64,000 nucleotides of DNA from Octopus sinensis (GCF_006345805.1 NC_042999.1:61256001-61320000); one strand, 5' to 3'. Counted from the stretch's first letter, positions 1 to 13,128 are shown. The notes: generated by a model from the letters alone, not told the origin. A program made the numbers and translations.

Positions 1-786
1 GTATATATACATAAACATACCTATTAGTTAGCCTGTATGTATGTATATGTTCTTCGGACATCATATAATGTTCCTAGAGACCTGGAATACTTAAAAATAA
101 ATCTTCGTGTGCAGCTGTCTTTAGCAGATGGCAGGACTCGAGGGAGACAGTAAACTAAGTTGATACATAAAGCAAATACAAAAAAACGCCACATATCTTA
201 AAAGCGAAAGACATCCTTGATCCAGCTGTGATCCCCTTTCAAGAAAAAAATTCAGATGGCGTTAATCCACATTCAACTATATCAATGCTCAGAAAAAAGA
301 ATTTGTTTTCATAAAGCAGCGGGTAAAAGATCCGCTCGAAGAAATATTATTGTTATATTTGGGTGGTGGGTAATTATGTATTGGATCATTATAAAAAGAT
401 GATTTCTTTATTTGGGTTATATATGCGTTCTATTAGTAATGTGTTAGGGAAAAGTACTATGACCTAAACATCTTATATATAGAGAGCGATAGGAGATTGC
501 AGCTTTTTAAGGCAGTATATAGCATACGTAAAGATATCACAGATCGGCCTGTATGGCAGTATAAGATACTCCATTATGTGATTTGCCTGCGTATAAAATC
601 AGCTTTCGTTCTAAAATAAACGGGTTTTCTTTCATCCTCTGATTACGAAGACATTAATGTATCTATTTATTAGGTATGTTTGATTTTTAAACATATGGAT
701 CTGGTTTATACACACACACACGCGCGCGCACACCCCCACCCACACACGCACACACACGCACACACAAACACACACACATATATACA

Positions 787-950
787 GCACAGATGTGGCT
801 ATGTGGTAAGAAGCTCGTTTCTCAAATTCATGATTCAGATTCAGCCCCACTGCCCAAGACCCTGGATAAGTGTCTGCTACTATAGCCTCGGACCGACCAA
901 AGCCTGGTGAATAGATTTTGTAGACGGAAGATAAAAGAAGCCTGTTGCAT
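787..950 (+). mobile_element. SINE family B, 5' half (tRNA-like head + CORE-like segment)
   Basis: Degenerate match to the family B head GTGGCTGTGTGGTAAG...CCAAAGCC...GTAGACGGAA seen in full copies such as 60514-60896. Confidence 0.7.
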
Positions 951-955
951 ACATA

Positions 956-1700
956 CAGGGTGCATAAGATATTTGCAGAGAAATGCTACTTGATATTGGT
1001 GATACGTTTCCATCTTCAGTCTCTACCTCATTACAAACTTCGTAGACGAAGGATCTGGCAACTTTTAAACTTGAGATATTTCTAAAAAAAACAAAAAAAC
1101 AAACAGATATATCATAACAGATAATAACTTTATCAAATAATACTATGAGGATAAAAATAAACCTTCTTTTCTATTATGTTATTCAATAAAGCCATCTTCA
1201 GCTTCAACAGTTGTGTCTATATAAGATCTAGATCAACTACATGCTTGAATTAAGTGATCCTAGTACATTTTAGACATTACTCTGGATATAGCAGCTTTCA
1301 AAGAGCCTTTGGTTTTATGGGCGTGTTCATTGACCTCTCTCTTAACAACGCTCCACATGTAATAGTCCAATCGATTGAGATCTGGGGAATTAGGAGGCTA
1401 AATGTTAGGAGCTATGTGACCATGAACATTTTCAGCCATCCATTCCTATGTTACTAGAGCCATGTGTGATAGTGCAGAATCTTATTGAAACACATATGGC
1501 CTTCCATTGCATACACTGTCTACCCAGGACTTAACAATTGTTTCCAGGGCCTCAATGTAGGCGGCAGAGTTAACTCTAAGGTCTTATGGAAAGAAGTAAG
1601 GAGGCACCACATGTCCTTCATTGCTGACAACCCCTACAACCATGACAGTTGCAGGAAATTTTATTACTCCACAACTCATAGTATTCACTCCGAAAAAGAC
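956..1700 (-). mobile_element. Tc1/mariner DD37D (maT-like) transposon remnant
   Basis: TA + CAGGGTG terminus at 954-962. Minus-strand translation KFPATVMVVGVVSNEG...FQ*DSA...PPNSPDLNRLDYYMW has 37 residues between the 2nd and 3rd Asp. Several in-frame stops; ORF ends at 1179. Confidence 0.85.
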
Positions 1701-2205
1701 ACACAATGCACATACACACAACACACCTGAACACAGACAATATACATACGCACACATCACGCATAAACACATACACTTTCATACATAAAGATACACAATA
1801 CACATGCAAAATCTAGGATCACATACACACACTCACTCGTGCACTAAGACACATACATATTTCATGCACTGACACACATACACAGACACACACACAAGCA
1901 CACGCAGGCACACGTGCACACACCACTCGATCAACGATATAGACAAGCGTAGGCACACAAACACACACACAATAACCTCGCACGCTTACTATACACAGCA
2001 TCACGCACATATACACAAGTCCATACGCAGCCACCCACACCTACAAATACACGCAACGTACATCACTCCATACATTGCATGCACCATGTTACATATGCAT
2101 ATGCTCCCATATGCACAGACACCCCCACAAAATTTTAAGGTCACCCACACATACGTTCACAGTCAATTGCTTCCATTCACACATACACACTCACACAAAC
2201 TATTC

Positions 2206-2499
2206 ATATTTCTTCATTGCCCACAAAGGGCTACGAAATACCTATTTCTATTTCTTTACTACCCACAAGGGGCTAAACACAGAGAGGACAATCAAGGACA
2301 GACAAACGGATTAAGTCGATTATATCGACCCCAGTGCGTAACTGGTACTTATTTAATCGACCCTGAAAGGATGAAAGGCAAAGTCGACCTCGGCAGAACT
2401 TGAACTTAGAACGTAGCGGCAGACGAAATACCGCTAAGCATTTCGCCCGCCGTCCTAACGTTCCTGCCAGCTCGCTGCGTTTAACTATTCTTTAACTAT
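2206..2499 (-). mobile_element. SINE family A (tRNA-derived) with short extra 3' module
   Basis: Reverse-strand head with A box TGGCAG and B box AGTTCAAGTTC. 15-bp TSD TCACACAAACTATTC at 2191-2205 and 2500-2514. Confidence 0.9.
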
Positions 2500-2559
2500 T
2501 CACACAAACTATTCTTACATGCACATACTCGCTTCAGCATCCTAGCTCAGCCAGTCCAC

Positions 2560-2770
2560 CGTTATTATCTCCCATTTACTCAGCCTCTGTCTTCCGGTCA
2601 TTTCATTTCGTTGAACCGTTAATCCCAACACATTTCCTTCTCTTTCTATTTCTTTCGTTTCCTCTCCATTTTCATTTCAATCCTTTCTGTCGAAGAGCAT
2701 AAGCTCGAAAGGTAAAAAATTCCCGAGTGTCAAACTATTACACCTGCTTCGTTTGTTTTCTGTAGATTTC
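2560..2770 (+). mobile_element. Probable Penelope pseudo-LTR fragment with hammerhead-like motif
   Basis: GAGC-loop-GCTC-GAAA and the downstream CCCGAG...ATTACA(C/T)CTGCTT are shared with 15206-15320. Confidence 0.45.
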
Positions 2771-2807
2771 ATATATATATGTATATGTATATATATTTAT
2801 GTATATG

Positions 2808-2869
<62 letters not shown>

Positions 2870-4082
2870 TTGTATATACATATATATATATGCAATATAT
2901 GTACAAACGTGTGAGTACACACTCACACACACGCAAAAAACGCACACACACATATACCTATATACTGTATACTACTTTCTAACGAATATTAGAACAGCTT
3001 CCAAGAGTAAGTCCGCCTGATTTCCATATGCATCACATATAATCATATTCTTTTATGGGAATCAGTTCTTAATTATTCCGTGCCCTTATCGCGATTTCAT
3101 AATTCTAACTTATTCATATTTTCTTTTTCATTTTTTTTTTTTTCATTTTTATTACAGCAAGGAAATATCTGTCAGTTCTTTAAGGAAGATGTTATTCATC
3201 AAAACATATTACACGTAAAAGAAATAGCCTCATATATCGCTAACATGGAAAAATATTTTCTTATGTAATTCTTTTCTGTTTGTTTTTTTTTATTTTATCT
3301 TTTTTTTTCTGGCTGCCTTGCTGTAACGGTTGATATCAGCTTGAATTTTTATGTTTTCCTTTCATATTATTCACATTCTGCATTACTGCAAAATTGTAAA
3401 GTTCTTGTTGCTGTTGTTGTTGTTGCTGCTGCTGCCGCTGCCGCTGCTGCTTCTATTGCGTTTTATATGTTTTTTTTTTATTTTCTGGATTTATCTCTGT
3501 TTTTATATTTTATATAACATTTTCCTGTTTCCTAAATTTTTTTTTCTGCTACATCTTCATATCAGATTCTGCTATTCTATAAATGTCTTATTTCCTTGAT
3601 ATGACGAAGGCAATTTTCGTTACAAGGTGCCATTTCTTTTGGTATATCTTGCAGCTCATATCTAAAAAAAAAAATTAAAAAAACTCCTTTAATATATGCT
3701 AAGGCTATTGTTTTTCGTGTCCAGGGTGTTGTTGTTGTGGTCAGTGTAGTTGATGAGGATGTTGTGGACTATGATGATGATTGTTATGATGATCATCATC
3801 ATTATCATCATCTTCATCATCATCATCACCTTTGTCAGTATGATGCTATTCACCACGATGAGGTCGGCAACAATAATGCCGCGTCTTCTATAATCGGTTA
3901 AATGAAAATACTCTTTCCTTGGCTTGAGGAATGGCAAACAATACAGATGTGACGTACTGCAACATGCTGTCAAGAATGTTTGAACTTGCTTCCATCTCTT
4001 AACCGAAACTGAACTCTAGTGTTCTACATTTATTGCAAAAGAAATATGACGTCATTATGACATTTATCTGAAGAAGGATATA

Positions 4083-4143
4083 TCAGGTCATCCCATAAGT
4101 TCTATCCGATTTACCTTTTTTTTAAAATTGAATGAAATTTAAT
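4083..4143 (+). mobile_element. Mariner left end (same family as 15362-16601)
   Basis: TA + TCAGGTCATCCCATAAGTTCTATCCGATTT matches the TIR and subterminal sequence of the 15362 element. Confidence 0.8.
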
Positions 4144-5334
4144 AGTCATTCTTGCAACATGTGGCTTTGCGTTATCGTGGAGCAGAATTGGACCATACCG
4201 ATTCACCAATGCCGGTCTCATTTCTTACAAGTGATCATGCATTTCAGCGAGTTGATTGCAGTAAACCTCTGCTATAATGCTCTGATTGGTTTCCAGAAAG
4301 CTGTAATGGACAACACCAATTGCAGACCACCAGACACTCACCCTAATCTTTTGCTGATGCAACTTTGGCTTTGGGAAATGTCTGGGGGACTCATCACGAT
4401 CAAGCCATTGACCTGATATTTTACGGTTAACATAAAGGATACACTTTTCTTTTTCTTTACTACCCACAAGGGGATAAACACAGAGAGGACAAAAAAGGAC
4501 AGACAAACGGATTAAGTCGATTACATTGATCTCAGTGCATAACTGGTACTTAATTTATCGACCCCGAAAGAATGAAAGGCAAAGTCGACCTCGGCGGAAT
4601 ATGAACTCAGAACGTGACGGCAGACGAAATACAGCTACGCATTTCGCCCGGCGTACTAACGTCTCTGCCAGCTCGCCGCCTTATCAAGGATACACTTTTC
4701 GTCACAAGTGACTATTCGGTCAAGAATAGAATCATTGTTATTTCGCAGAAAGAGCATCGAGCACACTTCAAAACGCCGAACGTTTTGATTTTCATTGAGC
4801 TCATGCAGTACAGATTTATCGTGATTTTTCACCTTAACAAGCTTTTGCAGATTGCTTGAGACCGTTGCAATACCGACACCAATTGCCTGAGAATTTCTCT
4901 GACACTTTGACGTTGGTGTTGTCCAACATTTGTTTTCAATTGTTCATTGTCAAGACTGCATGACCGTCCTCTACCCTCTTCATCTTCAAGGCTTTCATCA
5001 CCACTACGAAATATCTGAAACCACTTGTTAGATCACTTGTGGACCCCTCTCCCCATGCTATGTTGATATTGGCAGCAGTTTGGGAGGCATTGTGCCCAAG
5101 CTTGCACTCTTGCAAGAAAAGTTAGTGAAGGCCCTTTTTTGTCATGTTCATAATTAAGGGCACCCGTGCTTCAAGAATGATTTCTGTCTGAAATAAGTAG
5201 AAAATTATTTAAGAACATATATCAATTATTAAGTATGTTGAAATTCACCTAAAATATAATTAAAATACTATGATAAAATTGCGTGTTTCAAAACACAAAC
5301 ACCTAGAGCAGCAATTATTTTCGGAACTACCTAA
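4143..5334 (-). mobile_element. Mariner (cecropia/Hsmar1-like TIR), 3'-truncated pseudogenised transposase
   Basis: TIR TTAGGTAGTTCCGAAAATAATTGC ends at 5334 + TA. Translation includes ECKLGHNASQTAANI, SGDESLEDEEGRGR, QWLDRDESP, VSVWWSAIGVVH and LLHDNAKPHVA. Interrupted by a SINE. Confidence 0.9.
4450..4685 (-). mobile_element. SINE family A inserted in the mariner
   Basis: Full copy with a perfect 15-bp TSD AAGGATACACTTTTC at 4435-4449 and 4686-4700. Confidence 0.95.
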
Positions 5335-5384
5335 TAGATAGTAAATGTAAAACAGCTACGTGTTAAAGGTGAGAATATTACAAT

Positions 5385-5600
5385 ATATACGGATACGTGA
5401 GCAGAATGTCGCAGAAAACAATTGCAAAATGGAATCCCCAAGCCGAGGCGACCAACAGGTGGCCCAGTGGTAGGCCAAGAATGAGATAGTTAATGATATT
5501 CAAAGTCTCAGTTGCTGATGACTGCTTCTGACAGGACCCTGTGGAGGAATGCCTGAGGGATTTACAAGCAAAACTACCAACATATAGCGGTCGGAGATGA
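5385..5600 (+). mobile_element. RTE-clade LINE 3' remnant
   Basis: Translates to AKWNPQ...SGRPRMR* and TASDRTLWR, the RGRPR..W / A.DR..WR C-terminal signature of RTE ORF2. Confidence 0.65.
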
Positions 5601-6415
5601 TGGATGAAAATATTATAATCAGCAAAAATAAACCAAGATATATATTCGAAAGTAAATAACACTGAAAGATGCTGATCGTGAATGGAATTCAGAAGTGGCA
5701 TCTAATATCCATGAAATTTATGCTCACCGAAACCAAAATTCTTGTAATTTTCTACTGCCACTAGACTATAGAACACTATCATGAGGTTCACTTTCCTACA
5801 AAATAGATGACAATTTTTCTAAACAATACTCTCTACAGAACCAGAAATTACTGCAGCCCTCGTCGGGTAAGTTCTACAAATATGAAGCACTGTGACTTTC
5901 ACTAACACATGTATAGGCAGCCACATGCAAACACTAGTATCCAATTTACTATAAATTAATATTTAGTGCTTCTTATTTGTGTCTATTGTACAGAGGAATT
6001 TGAGAGGATGTTGGTCTCTGATAATTATTCTCAATCTGATGCCACGTCTCCTGAATGTCTCAGAAATCTCGAAATAAAGCATTATAACCTTAATTTATGA
6101 TAGACGGACATATATATACGTAAATGAATCTATATAGACATCTATATAAGTATATGTATCTAAGCATATATTTATATATATACAAATAAATAATGTTCTC
6201 ATAAAATAAACACTATACACACTTGCAATTATACATATAAACGCACATGCATACTTGCACACATACCCACATACATACACCATGTGATCGGCCTTCACAG
6301 TAACAGTTATCGACATTGCGATAATTAGTTACTCACCCTAATCAGTAAGCCACGAATCTTCACACAGACACCCTGACACACGCATACGCACGCACACACA
6401 TACACACACAAATAG

Positions 6416-6484
<69 letters not shown>

Positions 6485-7767
6485 TATATATATATGGACA
6501 TCTATATAAGTACATGTATATAAGCATATATTTATATATACACATATGTATAATGTTCTCATAAAATAAACACTATATACACATGCACATATGCATATAA
6601 ACGCGCGTGCATGCTTAAACACATACCCACATACATACACCATGTGACGGCTTTCACAGCAACAGTTATTTTAAATCTGCTAACTACAATTTAATTAAAT
6701 AAGTAAACATACTTATAGAAGAATAATTATGTACACACTCAACTTTCAATATATATATATTTGTCTGTGTGTGTGTGTGCGTGTGTGTGCGTGAGTGTAT
6801 CTGTATGCATGCATGTATGTATGTTTGTATGTATGTTTGTATGTATGTATGTATGCACGTATAGAACGAGCATGTTCCATATATTTTGAACAAAGCAGCT
6901 TCAACGGAGACCACCATTGGCTACAGAACCCCAAAGAAAGCCATCCTGCCGGGCAGCCATATCACAAAGACAGATAAGTTATTAACCATTAAACATGTAC
7001 ATACATAAGCACATTTAAGGTAAGTGACTTAAAAATACTAATTGCCCTATTTACAGTTACTCCATATCATCTCCATTACCGCCCTTCAACGTGAACAATA
7101 AATGATCTTTCACTTCAGAACAACCCAACCCCACGGATTAAAGAGAACAGACAAACGATCATCAACCTACATACGTTCATATAAACACACTACAATTTTC
7201 AAGTCGTAACAGTTGAAGACAGAGAACCATATGATTTCAGTGTACACACCACAGTGCAATACATCTCACTCACATTCACACCAATTAACAATCATACACG
7301 CGTAACACACATATACACACTTCACAGCATCACACAGACATCACACTTACCAACTACATCCCTTTACCAACGCTGTCTTGTACAAAACTTTCCCACTATT
7401 TCTTCCACTTCTGATCACTATTCACTTTATAGCATGCCACGAATTTTTACAATGAGTGCTGTTTATTTCCACGGAATATTTTCTGTCTTTCCTGGCCTTT
7501 CTATGCGCCATTCTTCTGTTATTGTTTCAAGAAGTACGCCATGACAAAAAAAAAAGAAAAAAAAAATTCCCGTTATTGTTCCTTCAAGCATCGAAATAAT
7601 ATTACAAACTTTGGCATTGTATTCATGTGCCAAGAATAAATTAATGAATGAATAAGAATAAAGGATAAACTATCTTACTGATTATTTCCTTTCGGTAATG
7701 AAAGAGGGAAGGCGTTATATTTGAAATCGCATTGTCATGATATATATACACACACACACACACACAT

Positions 7768-7842
<75 letters not shown>

Positions 7843-8299
7843 TACCTATATGTGTGTGAGTGCATGTGTATGCGTGTGTATCTGTGTCTGTGTGAAGATT
7901 CGTTGCCTGCTATTAGAGTGAGTTACTAACTATCGCAAGGTTGAGGTTTCGATCGCAGGCGAGCGGTATTTTATGCTCGTAGGCTCTGTAGTAAAACACT
8001 TGATTTCACTTTGCTCTGGTCTTCTGACTTGTAAACGGGTAACCCCAACAGCGGTCAATAAATGCTTTAATTTTCACCTTCCAAATACAAACAGGGTAAA
8101 TATTCTGAATAACATCAACAAGTAAAGAACCTTACCAACGAATGAAATGTACCACCTACTTACATTCTTGTGTGTACACTTAGAAATTTCATTACAAATA
8201 TGACGCGCAATTTTATATGCTGAACTAAAATTTGAACTTACGTTCTCAAATGAGTTAATCTAATAAAACCAAAAATAAATAAAGCCATTGACATATCCG

Positions 8300-10365
8300 C
8301 TGGCCACAAAAACTTAATCTATTTATAAACCTGAGTAACTTTGCAGTTACTGGATCGAGTAACTGCAAAGTTCTCAATAGTTCGGCTTAGGTATTCTCTT
8401 TTTCTCTGATCTTCAGCTTTATGTTAACATTGCTGGGCAGCTGATTTCCACAACTGCATAGTTTCTCTTCTGTGTCCAAAATCATTATATCAGGTCTGTT
8501 GTGCTTACATTTAATTGAGGTCTTCACTGGAACATCCCATTAGTACTCCTTTTTATTATGTGTGGCTACGGTTTCTTATTTCTTTACTGCCCACAAGGCG
8601 CTACACATAGAAGGGACAAACAAGGACAGACAAACAGATTAAGTGGATTACATCGACATCAGTGTGCAACTGGTACTTAATTACCGAAAGGGTGAAAGGC
8701 AAAGTCGACCTCGGCGGAATTTGAACTCAGAACGTAGCGGAAGACGAAATACCGCTAAGCATTTCAGCCGGCCTTCATGTGTGGCTATGGTTTCTATCAT
8801 ACTATGGATTCTTATTGCTTTGTCCTCGGGATTATCCTTCCGACGGAATACATTACAGAGTGCCTTATCGACAGTATCATGTCTCATCGGTAGATAATAT
8901 CGTGATGACATTTTCAGACAACTGCTTATGATGTGTGTGATACTTTCAGTGTTAACTCCACAAAGTCTGCATCGGTTGCCACATTTTACTGCTTTTCACA
9001 CATCTCTATCCTTTTTGTGCATAAGGTATTTGGTTGATATTTCCTGTTTCTGGATTGCAAAATCATACCCGTCAAAGTGGGCGGTAATAATCCGGTTATT
9101 GGTCCACGATAGACTGCTCTAATAATCAATATTACTATCATCTCGGAGCTTTCTACCAACATATATATGCATTGTCTTCTGCTCATTATACGCTCATTGT
9201 TTCAGCTGATGATATGTTGCGGTAGAGTCGTGCGACTACTTTGGACATGTATTAAGTTTATCAAACTAGAAACGCTGTTCAGGGAGTTACCTTCCAAGTT
9301 TATGATATTATCAGACTCATGTATGCAAACTTGGTCAAAGGATGCACTTTCACACTTGCTGGTTAAAAGATGTTGCCGAAGGGATATGATACGACATTCA
9401 AAGCCATTTTTGATCGATGTTAAGCCTTGTTTTCGTTTTAGGCAGAGGTGGTCTACCTCACTGTTTATGTGAAAATTATGTATGCTTTTTGGCATTTTCC
9501 TGGTTTTCACATCATTCGTTCGGATCTCATATAAAGTCCAGTCAAACAGCCCAAATGTTGGTATGAGTACTGGCATTGCAAACACGTTGTCGGCTACTGT
9601 TTTATTGAATGCAGGGAGTTCTGAGGTCCAAATTGTCTTTATTCGGTTGTAATATTCTTTAGTGACACGTGTTTTATTATAGATGCTATTGTAAGATATG
9701 TTTTCATCCTCCCCTAGATACCTGTAACATTCCTCGTCAAATATAGGGGAAACAGTCAAATCATTGATGGAGATGTTACTAATCTGGTTTATAGTTTTCC
9801 CCCTTTTCATAACCATATAACAGGTATCCTGACCAAAGTCCAACTCTACATCCTTTGAGAAAGTTGAAACTAGATCAGGGCTCTTTTTCCATCTGTGCAT
9901 ATTCTATGAATAAAGTTTCAAATCATCTACAAAGAAACAGTGTGTAATTTTGATATCCTTGTTTCCTTCTGGACCAGTGAGATATCCTTCAAACTACCTT
10001 AAGATGAATGACGAAGGGTTTACAGAAAGAGAGGTTGTCCGTTTGGAATATGCCTTTGTGATACTGTATTCTATCAGTGATAGTACAGTCATCCTTTGTG
10101 CTTAATTTCGAGATGGTGGCCCACGATGAAGTCAGGTCAGCTGTAGCTTTGACTACGCCCAGTGGAACTTTATCAAGTTGAAGGGCATCTATCATCCACG
10201 GGTGGGGAACAGAGTCAAGTGCCTTCTTGTAGTCTAACCACATTGAAACTAAGCTTCTCCTATGCTCTCGCACCTCTGACGTCACAGTTTTGTTGATTAA
10301 AAATTGCTTGGCACATCCCCAGACACCCTTCTTCCCAGCTACTTGTTCTGCTGTGATGTTGTTAT
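8300..10365 (-). mobile_element. R4/Dong-type RLE non-LTR retrotransposon fragment (RT + CCHC + RLE), degenerate
   Basis: EQVAGKKGVWGC, WLDYKKALDSVPH, KGIFQTDNLS, FFVDDLKLY, YRYLG, CRLCG..ESITHIISSC, RHDTV and HNRPDIMI..VEISCP occur in the correct order, with stops and frameshifts. Confidence 0.9.
8577..8776 (-). mobile_element. SINE family A inserted in the R4/Dong RLE domain
   Basis: 19-bp TSD ATGTGTGGCTA(C/T)GGTTTCT at 8558-8576 and 8777-8795. Confidence 0.9.
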
Positions 10366-10780
10366 ATAGGTATGTATGTATGTATGTATGTATTTCTGTG
10401 TGTGTGAGAGAGAGAGCGAGTGATTTTGATTATGCGCAGTTGGCAACTGTCTTGTATGTTTCTGTGTACTTCTTACACAACCTTACTAAAAATGGTTACA
10501 CCTAAAGGCTAATATATTCATAGGCAGCATATAATACCCGTACAACAATCAGAAGTTATATGAATTATCTTTTATTCACTTTTCGTTGATACAAGTATGC
10601 TTTGGCACTGCGGAGGTACAAATACAGTCTTCTTTTATGTGTCAACACTCAAGTTGTCGTATATATATATAGTCCCTTAAACCAACATGTGAATACACAT
10701 ACAATACATTTATATATCTACATATATGAATATACGAGATGGTATCAAAATAAAAACAACTTATTTTCTTTTTTGTTTTT

Positions 10781-11143
10781 CTTTTACTTGTTTTAGCCAT
10801 TTGACTGCGGCCACGCTGGAACACCGCCTTTAGTCGAACAAATCGACACCAGGACTTATTCTTTGTAGGCCTAGTACTTATTCTGTCGGTCTCTTATGCC
10901 GAACCGCTAAATTGCGGGGACGTAAACACACCACCATCGGCTGTCAAGAAATGGTGCGGGGACAAACAGAAACACAAATAAACACACATACACACACACA
11001 CATATATATATACATATATACGACGGGATTCTTTCAGTTTCCGTCTACCAAATCCACTCAGAAGGCTTTGGTCGGTCCGAGGCTATAGTAGCCACTTGCC
11101 CAAGGTGCCACGCAGTGGAACTGAACCCAGAACCATGTGGTTA
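10781..11143 (-). mobile_element. SINE family B
   Basis: Near-full reverse copy with internal CA/TA tract; head truncated. Confidence 0.9.
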
Positions 11144-11146
11144 CTT

Positions 11147-11843
11147 ATGTTTTAACACCATTTCCTTCGAAATAGTCACCTTGTGCAGTAACACACCGGC
11201 CCCGGCGTTCCCATCACTTTTGGAATCCGACTTGGAAGCTTTTTTTCGTAAACCAATCGAGTACTGTCTGTGATTCGCTCTGGATCTCGTCAACGGTGTT
11301 AAAACTTAAGACCTTTGTGTAGCATTTTCATCTTCAAGAAGATATGGAAGTCCACGGGTGGTAAATCTGGCGAATAGGGTGGGTGCAGAAGTGAGGCCAT
11401 GTTATTTTTGATAAGAAACTCACGAGTGAAAAAGTTTCGGTTTAGGATTCGATTTTCCACGCCCCACAGATCCGGTCCCTTTCGTGACTGTCCTCCGTCA
11501 AATGCTTCAAAGAATCGCAGTAGAACTCTCGATCAATTGACGGTCTGATCCTGAAGACGAATTCTTGATCCACAATATCACATTTCGGGAGTGACGCTCT
11601 GGGTAGGTCCTCCAGATCGCTCATCGTCTTCAAGGGTCGTTGTTCCGCTTTTGAAGCGGCCGTGTCGTGACCCATTGTCTATTCACTTTAAGCTTGCCGA
11701 AGCATGCACACTGTTTATGTAACATACCTCACAAGGCACACTGTCTCATGAAGGTTTTTGATAGCTCTCACTGCGCACGCAACCATGTGCTGCCATCAGT
11801 TGCCACGCTAAGGAACTAGTTCACGAGCCTTTTGACACCACCT

Positions 11844-11847
<4 letters not shown>
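11147..11847 (-). mobile_element. Mariner (irritans-like), internally deleted
   Basis: Terminus (T)GCGAGGTGGTGTCAAAAGG near 11847. Translation IDREFYCDSLKHL and C-terminal CVTAQGDYFEG. Confidence 0.75.
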
Positions 11848-11894
<47 letters not shown>

Positions 11895-12653
11895 TATATA
11901 TAAGTAATTCTTTCATGGAAGAGCTGATCCCGGAGCATATCAAACTATTAATAATAGGGATATTGCGTTAAAAATTATTTGGGGTCGAAAAATAAAGGTT
12001 CAAAGTGTGTGGGGTATTTGAAAACCTACCTCTTATGAAGTAGGATTTACAAAGTCGTTTTAAAAAAAACTTATTCTTACCGGTGAGAATTGTGCACTAC
12101 TGAAATCATAAGAATTTAGACACTTCGAGTGAACATCAACTAAATATCGTTTCCATCATTGGCCCCCGAAGCACATGAAGTAGATAGATATATATATATG
12201 CTGAGTAGTTAGATTTCCCGGTCTCTTTAGATCATTAGTGTAAAGATAACTTAATGCTGTTATATAACAAACAGGTATATGCAAATACATTTACCTAAGC
12301 AAAATCCTCTATATAGCTGTTGGGTATAATTATTTTGCAGAAATGTGATATCAAACGGAAACTGATGAAGAATGCTATTTTGAAATCACTAATTTCGTTC
12401 CCGGTTTCGCGTGGACGATTATGATAAACCCTCACGATTCATCCCACAGCAATAAAACATGCACACGCGCGCATGTTAATACGCATACAGATATGTGTCC
12501 ATATATGTATGTATATATATATATGTATATAAGTATACATATATATATATATATACATATATGTATATATATGTATATATATATATATATGTATATGTAT
12601 GTATGTTTATATCTATCTATCTATCTACATATATATATATATATATACATGTA

Positions 12654-12687
<34 letters not shown>

Positions 12688-12717
12688 CGTGTGTGTGTGT
12701 GTGTATATATGAATAAG

Positions 12718-12850
12718 CGGAGGTATGAGTGTATGGTAAGAATCTTTCTTCCCACACAAATGGTTCCGTGTTCTGTCTTCTACTAGACCAAAGACTTGTG
12801 AGTGGGTTTGGGGGCTTTCTAGACGGAAACTCAACGAAGGCGTCTTATAT
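12718..12850 (+). mobile_element. SINE family B 5' fragment running into a TA tract
   Basis: TATGGTAAGAA...CCAAAGACTTGTGAGTGG...TAGACGGAAACT. Confidence 0.65.
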
Positions 12851-12856
12851 GTATAT

Positions 12857-12951
<95 letters not shown>

Positions 12952-13094
12952 TAAATATAAATATATATATTTATTATATATATATAATATATATATATAT
13001 ATATAAATATATATATATTAAATATATATATTATATATATATATATCTATATATATATATATATATATATAAATATATATATAAATATATATAT

Positions 13095-13128
<34 letters not shown>

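Noticed and set aside
1004-1025. Minus-strand CTGAAGATGGAAACGTA resembling a hammerhead core
   Set aside because: There is no stem II, and it lies in the subterminal region of a DNA transposon.
3708-3900. Acceptor-like site followed by an Asp/His-rich open frame
   Set aside because: It is a decayed GTT/GAT/CAT trinucleotide tract with no recognisable domain or partner exon.
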